Origin: Callorhinchus milii
Lineage: Eukaryota
Direction: 5' to 3'
Assembly: GCF_018977255.1 (NCBI RefSeq)
Contig: NW_024704747.1
Location: 18,166,001 to 18,230,000, forward strand
Length of the DNA stretch: 64,000 nt
The notes below the pieces were generated by a model, which was given only the letters and a program-made list of their open reading frames with translations, was not told the DNA's origin and ran no database searches. Made by a program: the position numbers and the translations under genes. Within the stretch, counting starts at the first letter, position 1. Each line of letters begins with the position of its first letter. Shown piece by piece: positions 11,401 through 23,400 of this stretch.

Positions 11401-14400
11401 CAGCAGGTCCTTTATAGGTGGGGTCATCTTGTGCATACCTATATATCAAAAGTCAAGTATAAATATTAAATATTTTAAAATTGTCAAAAATGCGTTGCAT
11501 TCTATTTTAGAAAAGTCCACTGTGGTAGAAATTTAAAACTGCACAAAGAAAGACACTTACCTATAACGTTGACAATAGCTTTCAATGCTCCCAAAATGCT
11601 GCCCAGAACCTCTGGGTACTCTTCTCCAAGATACTCATACAGCACAACACCCAAGTGGCCCATCAGTTTTTCCTACAAAAGGCAATTATTTCAATATACA
11701 CCTGAATATACATAACCCAGCTAAAGACTGGCCACATAATAATCACCCTTGCATTTGCATTTTGATATAGTGCTTTTCACGTCTTCTAGATGTCTCAAAG
11801 TGCTGCACAGAATATGCTGTAAAGTGAATTGACCGTATATTTGTGGGCAAAACGCGGCAGCCAATTGCGCACAGCAGTGTCCCACAAATAGTCGTGGATT
11901 GAAAATGACCAATTTATTATTGTTTTGTTTTGGAGAGATTATTATTAGGTGTGTGGAGTAAGGAAACTTGCCCAAGGTTTCGCCCTGCCTGGAAATTGAA
12001 CCCAGGTGTCTCGCTTGCAAGGCGAGTGCTCTAACCACTGAGCTACAGGACCCACAATGTAGTGAAACGATGTTCAAAAACATGAGATTATCACCATGAA
12101 AAAGGCACGTACCTCTTGACATGTCTTCATGACGACTGCAATCCGGGAGATCAGATCTGCGGCTTGCTGTCGCACTTTGGCCGATTTGTTGTTTAGACGC
12201 CACAAGACTGTACCACAGATCTGGGGCAGGTATGGTTTTACTCGTTTTCCCAGAGCATTTACCACTGTACCGAAACCATTCAACATCACAGAGTCCTGGA
12301 AAAGAAAGACAATGTTGGAGCCCCAAACATAAACACAAGCACCAAATGGTGACTGCACGTTCAAAATAATTATTCAGTTCTTATAATGCCATGTAACACT
12401 GAAAATTCAGTGATGCTTATTCTACCTCGGTAGTCTGTTCCTGGAACGCATATAGGATGCCATCAATAAGTTGTTCTTCCAGCTTGTGGTCAATATCTGC
12501 TGCTCCGAGATTACCCATGATCTTTTCAATGGTTTCCATCACCATTTTTCTGTACTGCTCAGCTTCATCCTTCAAGTCATCAACTATCCTGGAGATGATC
12601 TCAGCTGCTCCAACTTTGTTTGCAAGTTCCACTGTGGTGTCTACTAACTGTAAAGGGCAGAAAAACAGTCACTCGAATAACTCTTGCATTTCAATACTTT
12701 TCTAAATAAAATCTAAAAGTGGAACAGCCAGAGGAAACGAACTAAAGAGAGAGGCACGATGGACCTTTTGTGCCAACAATACCTATGCTTCTATTTTGAA
12801 GCAGTTTAATTTGAGATGTTACCAAACTCAGTATATTATGAAATAAACCTTGCGTAAATTTATTTCTTCTCTCATAACTGTTCACAAATCACACTACCAC
12901 ACATTCTACCTCAGCCAGCAAAACTCCAGTGTGTGATGCACAAAATGTGGTCAATTTAAAAGTTATGTCAAGTGGACAGGCACAGCTCAAAAACTGGCTT
13001 TTCAGTTTATATCATTTTAGTTGTATCAATAAATTTTTCATACCTGTCTGTAGTTCCTTCTGTCCAATGCCATTCGATGTTGCCAGAAGTGTTTGAAGAA
13101 TGGTGGAAGGATTTCGGTTTTGATGTAGTTTGCTTCCACACCATCTGTGCCACAACACTGTTTCACCACCTACAAATACAGATTGTAAGACTTTACAACA
13201 GTTCTATACAATTATTTAAACCAACGGAGAGTTAAAGAGAAACATTTGCCAAAAATATTTGTATTTAAAATTTAATGCGTTAAGTTTTATATCCTCATGG
13301 GTACTGTGCACAATGGACATGTAAACTAGGTTTCTCAAATTAAGGTGATAAAATAGATAATTACAGCATGACACACATTCCAACATACACAGTGCTACAG
13401 TCAATAATCCCGATAGAATGCTTTAAAAAGCAAGTTTAAAAAAAGCCCTATTTTAAAGATCAACCTTGTGATATCAAACTGCAGAAACTAAATCCCAAAT
13501 AAGTACTGAATGTAATGAAGCACAAATATAGCTGCATTCATTACAATAAATAGTAAAATCATTCCATGTGCATCACATACCTCTATATCTAAACAGATCT
13601 CAGCTTTAGCTGTAAAAAGGCTTTAAACCAGTAATCAAATCACCTTTAAGTCAATTCAAAGCACATTAATAAGTGACTGTATAAAATACTTCATATGCTC
13701 AGTGTGATGCATATGTTGAATTTGAAGAAACTACACAAAAAAAACAATATCAGCAAAGATATGTCAATGCATTTTTCAAAAATTAGATTGATACAAATGT
13801 TCAAATCTAGTTTCATAACTTAAAAATAAATGGAATGCACTACAATCAAAAGGCTAGCATCATATCGAACTTTTTGTTTTCAATTTAAGTGATTATAAGG
13901 TATGTCCAATAAATATCCAAAATGTTTCATGCTTCTGAACTTGCCTTCAGCACAATCTTTTTCATTTCTTCATCAGGAGACTGGAACTCTCGGATAAGGA
14001 TCAACATCACTTCACGAGTGTAGTAGTTTGCGTATTCAGCATCCATAAGAGGAATCAGGTAACCAATAGCTTTCAAGAAGGCAGCCAAACCCTACAAAAG
14101 ATGAGCATCTGTATTAGACATCTAGAAATATGAAAATGCAATATCGTAAAATTCATGGAGGATCGGGTTGCAAATTTGAATCTCAATTTGGCGAATGGTA
14201 AATTCCAAATCTTGTTGCACCATCAGGATGGATACAGAAGGGAGGCCTGGAGAGAAGGGAAAAATCAAAGTAGCTCATTTATAATGAAGAAGTGGTCAAC
14301 CTGGGATGCCTGTAATAGGTTGCTGTCTGTTCTCTTGGCCAGAGAATTGGAGGTGGGGGGAGGGATAGAAGAAAAAGGAGGAGGGCAAGAAAACAGAAAC

Positions 14401-17400
14401 AATTTTCTCCCAAGTTGTTGATAACTCTTGTGAACTGCACACATACTTTGAAGATTGTATTTTTTGGCTAACTGATCTAATACAGAATTAGGACAAATCA
14501 GTAGAAATATTGTATTCAAAACTAACACTGTCAATGTTTACAAGCACAGAAACAGTTTGTGAAATTAAGTCAGACTTACTTTGCCTCTGTGTTGGCGAAT
14601 GCCCTTCCACAGTGGTTTCAGAACAGAGTCAAATGATTCAATGCCGTACGGGGTTGCAGCCTCAGCCAAAGCAGCAATAGCCAGAGCACTGATAGTTCGA
14701 ACTTTCTGTTGCTCATCAACCAGACCTATGGAAATAGGCGTATAAAAAAAATCAATACACATCACATTTGTTTTTGTACAAACTTCAATATTCAATAACT
14801 AATAACCAGAATAACAATTAACATATTCAGAAAAACATAAGAGACTCCGCCACTGCCTAACCTCTCAGGCTGCTGAAACCCTCACCCATGCATTCGTCAC
14901 CTCAAGGCTTGATTACGAGAACTCTCTCTTCATCGGCCTTCCCAACTCTTCCCTTCACAAGCTGCAGATCATCCAAACCTCTGCAGCTCGTGTACTTTCA
15001 CACACCAGGCTACATGACCCCATCACTCCCACCCTCGCCTGACTCCACTGGCTCCCCATCCCCCAGATCCTTGTCCTCACCTTTAAGGCCATCCATGGCC
15101 TTTCCCCCTACTACCTCTCTGACCTGCTGACTCCCTACCAACCTGCCCACTCCCTCCGTTTAGCGAGCTCCAGCCTGCTCCATGTCACCCGCCCAACCCG
15201 CCCTACCATTGGTGGCCGGCCTTTCAGCCTCTCTGCCCCCACACTTTGGAACTCCATCCCACGGTTCCCTTCGCCTCACTTCCTCCCTTGCCCCCTTCAA
15301 GGCTGGTCTCAAGATCCTTCTCTTCTACTGTGCCTTTGGTCTCCCTCCCACCTCTCTGCCTTCCCTCACCCCTACCCCACCCCTCCTCCATGCTCGGGCC
15401 CCAACACCTGACTGTTCAGCGCTTTGGGACGTCCTCCCGACGGAAAGGCGCTCTATAAATGTAATTTTACTGTTGTTGTTAAAATGATAAATGAGAAATC
15501 TCACTTAATGCACATTTTTAAATCAGCCTACTTTAAAGCTTACTAGTAGTAGATTTTACAAGTCTGTGGACACTTTATTGCAATTTTGTTATTACGTACC
15601 ATGTTCAATAATTTCAACCAAGCTTCTAAGATGAGGCAAGATAGCACAACCCATGAGGATTGCAATCTGTTGCACAATCTTGATTCCTGTATGTCTGGCC
15701 TGCCATGATTTCTTGCTCTTACACACTGCTTTGAGGAAAGGTAACAGCGATGGAATCCCCAGAGCCGAAGCTACCACAGCAAAGGCTCGAGCTGTTGTGT
15801 TACGGACATACTCATCCATGTTATCAATATCAGGACGCATGGTGGAAATCATCGTGGCCAAACCAGCAGCCTACAAATACACAGAAAACAAATCAGAACA
15901 AACACCACAATTGTTTGATTTCATGCTATATGCACCAGAAAATGTAGAAATGCATATATATACCTTTGCCAAATTGGAGATGATTTCTCTGCCTTCCACT
16001 CTAGCATAGTAATCTTCATCAATCAACAATGGTTCAATAACGACAAGAATCTGTAAACAAAGCAATGCATTTTCATTAATAAACAAATCACTGTGGTATG
16101 TAACTGCTCTACATCCATAAGAACAGGAAGAGGCCATTCAGCCATGGAACTTGCTCCATCAGTTATTAATTCTTAGATCATTAGGTCATTCAGCCAATTA
16201 ATTTCGGCATTTACTCTCCAAAAACCATGCATCCAATTTGATACAGATATCTATCATGACATCACTTATTTCCATGCCCCTGCTTATCTCATTGACAACC
16301 TCCTCACATTGGTTTTAGGAGGTATGCCCTATCATTCTAACGGGGCAACACATTGCAACATCCTGAGATTGTTAATAAGCGATTGTGTGCAGGCAAATGA
16401 CATGCATATCAGACTGACCAATATTAATACACCTGCCTTCCACCTTCAGCCCACCAATAAAAAATTTGAGAGCTCAATATTTTAAAATTGTGCCTTCAAT
16501 ATAGAATTCACGCAACCTTAAAATCTGAACAAATTATTTCATTCAGCCTGGAAACAGACCCTAGACCAAAGGAAACTGCTCTAAACAAACATACAACTTT
16601 ATGAGATTAGTTTTCCCCATTCCAAGATGGGTTATGTTAAAAGTAAGACTTTTTAGTGCGCAATACAAAACGATTTATTGATCTTAAAACGCCCATCAAC
16701 GATACAGCAAAACCATAATCAAACAAGCATAAAGATACCTTGTGTACATAAGGTCGAACCAAATCATCTAATTTGTACAGGATTCTGTCAATAACTTTAA
16801 CCAACAAGTGACGTTCCTGGTCTTCAAGAGTTGGGGACATCAGCAGTGGTAGAATCTGGTTGAACAGGGGGCCAGCACCGAATTCTCTAGCTTTGTCAGT
16901 TATTTGACGCAACGCAGCCTTAAAAAGAAAAACTCACATGAATATCCACTAAATCACTTTAAAAACGAAAATGAATATTCACTTAAGCTTGATATGCAAC
17001 AAGTTATAAGCATACATAACTCCACGTGACAACTTGCTACAAAACCACACTTGCCTTTCTCATTGGTGGAGTACCGTTCTTTATTTTCAGAAGCAACTTC
17101 ATGATCTTTCTTTCCTTCTGTTCTTCTGGACTCAGGGTCGATTCATCAACTTCAACCTAGTGAGTACAAATATCACAATCTGTAAACTTTGAAACTTATT
17201 AGAAATAACTGGTCAAACAAACATCAATCAAAAGAATACAATACAGAAAATGAACATTTTGTTTCTCATCTTCCAACGTGGATAAAAATACATAAATCAT
17301 GGTCTCCCGTGTCCAAATTGAATGATGGAGGGATCTGAAATAAGACTTTACAAAACATTATGACTTGTTGCTACCAGACACATTTCCTTTCTTTTTTTCC

Positions 17401-20400
17401 CTTATATGTGGAACACTTTTACTTGCACCTTGGCTTTTATTAAAAAAAATCTGCATGCTTTTTAGTTCCTCTTTTACACTTACTTCAATCTCTCCTTTTC
17501 TTTTTGCTCTTCTAAATTTTTAGTTAAGCGTCGAGAGCTTCTTCTAGACATTAAAACACCTCACCCAGCTGTCTGTCACATTTGCAAGCAGTAAGCCAAT
17601 GCAGCTCAAGGGTATAGATTTTGGGTTATGGTCTATGTATTCCATTTACATAACCCTGTAAACATTAATTATGAGTTATGTTTTCTTTCCTCATGCGATA
17701 TAGTTCCCAATTTTTATCCTCTATATAAACAGTCCATTTTACTAAAAAAAATGACTGGTCAGAAAAAGTACAGATAGCTATAAAATGTTCAAGTAAACTT
17801 ACCAGCAATTTGTCAAAGTATTGGATATCATCAGGTTTCAGGAATGGAAGGTTTCCAGAAGGCTGATCATTCATACTCTTCGCAGAGCGGTCCTCAGACT
17901 GCATGTGGAAACCGGTTAAGCCCCCGATTGGTGTTGGAGTTGCTGTCAGTTTACGGGCCGGTGTCCGAATTGGGACATAACCAGCTGGTGGTGGAAGAAC
18001 CTGTGAGCGGATGAAATCAACCAATGAATGCCCAATTCACAAATTATATTACAACTCCAAATGCAACAAAATGAGAAAGGAGGGAAATTAAATTCAGCAA
18101 TTTTTTTAAAGATTAGATCTTTTCATTTGAATCTCTTGATTTTTGGTCCTCTCTCTGTGGATCAATAGAATACTAAGTTGTGGGTGGATGTTGGTTTAAG
18201 CAAGGCTCAAAATGGAGCCGTTTCTCTGAATATCATCACCAGAAAAGATACTGGGACAAATGGAAAGTCCAACCATACAATAAGTGCACTGCCCAATTAA
18301 ACGTATAATGAATTACCTTATAACCCTCAGGGAACATAGCATCCAATTCCTCATCTGTAAGTGGGCGATTTCTTTCATCAATTTCACGCTCCCATCTCCA
18401 AGCCTGAAGTTGTTCAGGTGTCATACTCATCAGGTGACCTACAAAATTCAAAGCAGGAGTTGACTAGAGTTGGTGAAACAAACATTTCTACTGAATAAAA
18501 TTACTGACACAGGTGCATATGCCTTATACAAAGAGGGCATTGAATCAAAATATTTTTCACACAAATTACCTTAAAAAAAATCTAGTCCAGTTTCAGCATC
18601 CTCTGCCTATCAACTCCACTTACCAGGTGTCGGGGTTGCCATAGCCATTGCTGGTGTGCCTTTGGGTGTAATTCCACTTGGAGTAAGCAATGGAGTATTG
18701 CCGCCCATCTGGCTTGCTGGTGTTTCATCCCAACGAGATTTTCGCTTGCTAGCACCAGGGGTCGGAGTTTCCCCGATAGAATCACCTCCACGATCTGTAC
18801 GTGGGGTCTCAGCCCAGCCACTGCCATGTCCCGGAGTTTCTAAAAAGATACATACATACAGTGAATAACTGCACTTTGAGCAAAATGCCCATTTTTATTG
18901 AAAAGTTTAGCAGAAACAACAAAGTGACCTGAGCTAATTTGTGACAAATATCATTTTGGTTTGAATCTGTGCAAGGTTTTTATGGTGCTTGAAACACAAT
19001 CTATTACTGATGACAGTATATCTTACTCAATAGCACAATATTGCCAATTGTGTGACCTTTGAAGCATGTTGCAATTAATACACAACTGTGTTCAGAAACC
19101 CTAGAACCACAGGAGTTGCAGAGAAAAACAGATTACATTTTTATACAATTGGTTCTTTGAAAGGTGTCGGGGAAAGAAATCAAGAGCATATCAAATTTTG
19201 ATGCTGTTTGCTGCCAGTTATAACAAACGTTTAATCTTACTTGGATTCCCAGGACTATTTATTGCAAAAAATGCAATAAATAGAATTTCCCCCTCCATAT
19301 TTTCTTGGATTATATTTACTGTGTGTGCACCGCAATGGTGGCAAATATGAATTTTCATAGCTGAACTTTAAGCTTACCTCTGTCAGTCTTTGGTGTTTCA
19401 TCCCATCTGTTTTTACGCACACTAGATGTTGCACCTCCGTGGCCAGGTGTTGCATGCCCAGGTGTATCACGGCCTGGTGTGGCAGCTCCTGCTGGGGTGT
19501 GACTGGGAGTGGCTTCCCACATCCTTGAGCTTGGTGTTGCACCCGGAGTCTCACTACCCTTTGAACGGCCAGGTGTTTCATCCCAGCGACTTTGAGAGGG
19601 AGTGTTACCAGGGGTGTGACCTGGCGTATGTCCGGGTGTGTGCCCTGGGGTATGTCCGGGTGTGTGCCCTGGGGTATGTCCCGGAGTCTGCCAAAGCAAA
19701 ATTAAAACTTTAAATTAATATTTATCACAAGTGAAGAGGAATCTGGAAAGCTACAGAGTAAAAATTACTAGGACTCAGTTCTTTGTGTGAAAACTCCTGG
19801 GACTGGTATTACAGGGAACAGTCAGAGCAGATCATTTGGCAGGTGGAATCTTTGGACCAGCTGAGAGTTGCTCTATAGATGTCTCACTTTAGATGGATAT
19901 TGTCCAGTTGATGCTGCCGAACTTCTGTGAGATCAACTGTTCGCCAAGTTGAAAGTCCCCCCCCCCCCCAAAACCATTATTAAACTCAAGAAAGCTCCTC
20001 TGGCTCCTTCATGGAATTAAGTCACAGGAACGACATATGCACAAACATTAGAGCATTATTAAAAGCTTTCAGAATACAGGTTAAAACTCAATTTTGATGT
20101 AAAAATGTTAACTTTATGTGTAGTTTGAAGAAAAAGTACTTTCTCTACTCTTCTATTTCCCCCTAACTGCTATGAAATGAATCCTTACTGGATAGCAAAC
20201 ACATTACACTTTAATGTCTTTGGATTACCAACACAGAAGGTACACAATATTGAATTTGCGGAATCATGGTTGCAAATTAAATCCAAGTAAAGGCTGGAAT
20301 GAGGTGAGTGGAGGGAGGTGAGTGGAGAGATAGGAAAGAAGGGGAAGAGAGAAAAACAAAACATTTAATCAGTTCTCTGGCAAACTGCTGGGTAGAATAT

Positions 20401-23400
20401 CTGACTCAAATGGCTGCTCCTTTGCTCCACTTGAGATGAGAAGAATAAATGAAACGCACGTCTTCCACTTAATATTAGATTTAGTTTAGTAATCAATCCT
20501 TTTCATTGCTGGAATTCAATTATTCTTTTATTTATAATGTCAGCCTAACTTCGTTGATAACAATCTTTCTTCGGAGTCTTCAACAGAACTTTGACGTTGT
20601 ATAATTTAGGCTGACACTTCAATGCAGTGCTGCAATGTTGGGAGGCGTCGTCCTTTGGATGAGACATTAAACCAAGGTCTGATCTGCCTGTTCAGGTGGC
20701 ACGTTTTGGAAAGAGAAGGGAATTTCTCCCAGTATCACTGCCAAAAATTTTCCAAATAAAATTGGTTGTTCATTACATGGCTGTTTGTGAGACTTTGCTG
20801 TGTGGAAATTGGCTGCTGTTGAGTTTGGTGACAAAATAGTCACATTAATTTACACTAAATCCTGTAAAGTGTTTTGAGACATGCTCCTGACATGAAAGGC
20901 ACGGACATCAAACTCAATAATTATTATCTATTATTACAAATTTGCAGGATCTTATTGAAGATACGGTGAAGAGTATTTGCAATGTCATCCTATGTAAAAT
21001 TTGAAAATAGCTTTTAACAATTCCCATCAGGCAAGAGAGGTGTTCAGTGTGAATTAACCTAGAATGAGGTGGATGGCTTCCATTTCCAATCAGCATTCTA
21101 ATCAGAAAGGATGCTACTTGTTGGCAGATCCTGTAGCTAATGTCGGCCAATTGGCCTTCTTGCCAAGTTCAGGGAACCCCAAGTAATGGATCTCAAGGGA
21201 AGAGAGGAAATTAAAAACTCTCTCATCAGGTAAGAGTCTTTACAAATGTCTAGGAAAATAAAAGACACTGAAAGCACCCCTGCAACACTTACCTGTTCGT
21301 TTAACCCCTGGAACCAGCTGAATGATGGGAGTCAAAAGAAAATTTGAGGGTGGAAGGAAGAAAAAAACTAAGTTAGAAATAACTCTGTCATCGAGTTGAA
21401 TAGCTCAAGATAATTAAACCATGAAGCAGTGTTTAAAAGAGCCTCTTCTACCACCCCTGATGCTCAATCAGTAATTATACAGCATCGCATCACTGAACCA
21501 TGCAGATCAGGAGGAAGTCAGGTTTGAACTTTATATGCCGAGTTATCTCATTTCAGCTGGGGTGGCAATGCAGGCAACATTATTGGCTTCAATATTTGTG
21601 ATTTTTTTGGGGGGGTGAAAACAAGAGTACATAAATTCAGATGGGGCTCCTGACGTCTATGATACGTCTTGCATTAATTACTATCATTGACCATTGCTGA
21701 AGCAGCAAGTACATATGCTGGCAGGTTATGTAGTGCTGGATTTTGTGGTCAAATGGACAAACAAGAACTCATCCATTAAGAATGATTGCCTAAATAAATG
21801 ATAATAATAATGATAATAATAATCCTTGCATTTGATATAGTGCCTTATCACGTCGTCGAGACGTCTCAAAGCGCTTCTCAGGATTTACTGTAAAGTGCAG
21901 TGACCGTGTATTTAAATATAAATAAAAATGTGTATTTAGATATAAAGAATCATGAACCATCATCCCAGAACACCAATTCCTTCAGAAGAGAGAGAAAATC
22001 AGGAGAGGAAAAATCTAGGGTTTTTCTTCAATAAGCAACCTTTTCCCACTCACCTCTGCTTGGTCCCAGCTGGACAACTTTTTGGGTGTTGTACTAGGAG
22101 TTTGATCTGCAGTCTGATCCCAACGTCGCTTGCGTTTAAGAGGTTGTTGAGCTGATCCATTGACTGCTTTAAGTTCTCCAGCCTTAGCTTTCTCTGCCAG
22201 TTGCTGCCTTATTTCCCTCTGAAATGAACAAATTCAGTGATCAATCACATTTATAAACAGAAATTGGTTGTTAACATTGTCCAAATACAAAGTTAATATT
22301 TCCAACAAGAAAAAGAATTCTGTGATTACCTCTTCCTTAGTTAAATGTTGTTCACGCATAACATCGATGTAACTTCTGGCATGGACCTTAGGATCTGGTG
22401 TCTTTCCACCTGAGAGAGAATAATAGTGAAAACAGACAGAAAAAAATTTAGTGCGGACCCAAAAGAAAATCAGTTTTGTGTTTCTAGTTATGATCTTAGA
22501 TCGTTTTGCATTAATATTCTACAGGGTTTTTTTGGCATTTTTTTAAATTAAAATTTCTGACTTTTCAATCTTCATATTCATTTAAATCACAGCAACTTAC
22601 AGAGAAGCAACCTGATGGCCAATTTAACCTGCTTGAATACAAACAGGAATAATTACAACGGTCTAATAATAAATGCCTAAGTGCACTTAGAAGCAAATCA
22701 TATGCAAGACATCAAAACACATTAACACTGTCCATTATTGTTGGTCCTTCGTTGATGTTCCGGAATACGTACACTGGCGGCCTGCGTGTCCATCAGCAGT
22801 TCTGACTTCAAGCAGCAGAACAGAAGCCTAGAAAATTATCTCTTTACCATTAGTAACACTTTGGAAAAGGTTTTAAAATTCAAAACATCACACACCTTGT
22901 GTTAGTTTTTAAATTCTCACTTGATATGTGTACTAACAAATGTAGGAGAAAATAAATTTTACCTGCTTAATATTAACCATATTAAAAAATAATCGTAAAT
23001 GCAACTATTTAAGCATAAAAAGTTACTTCAACAGGATACTTTTATTTGGGATTATGCTATTTGGGTTTGTCTAAAAACATGCTACACTGGCAGTATGATA
23101 CTGCCACTTTCACTGGACTTCCTTTTGGTTTACTTTTTCAGCATAACCTACACACGATCTGTTGCACTGCACCCTTAAGAATGCAGACAGGACTGGCATA
23201 GCAGTACTGCTGTAGGAAAGAAATTAAGGACAGTTAGTATGGGCCCGTGGAATTCCGGCAGACATTTTTAGAGCAATTACAGTTTCAGAATATGTCAGAA
23301 TCTATCTGACAAAACATATATACTGCAGATTTGATACCTCTCAAATAAACCTGCAATACTAATTAAACTGAAAAACTAGATATATAGTACAACTTCCTAG

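Noticed and set aside
15653-16009. Plus-strand ORFs antisense to SF3B1/HSPD1 exons (also 12457, 53750)
   Set aside because: Shadow ORFs of real coding exons
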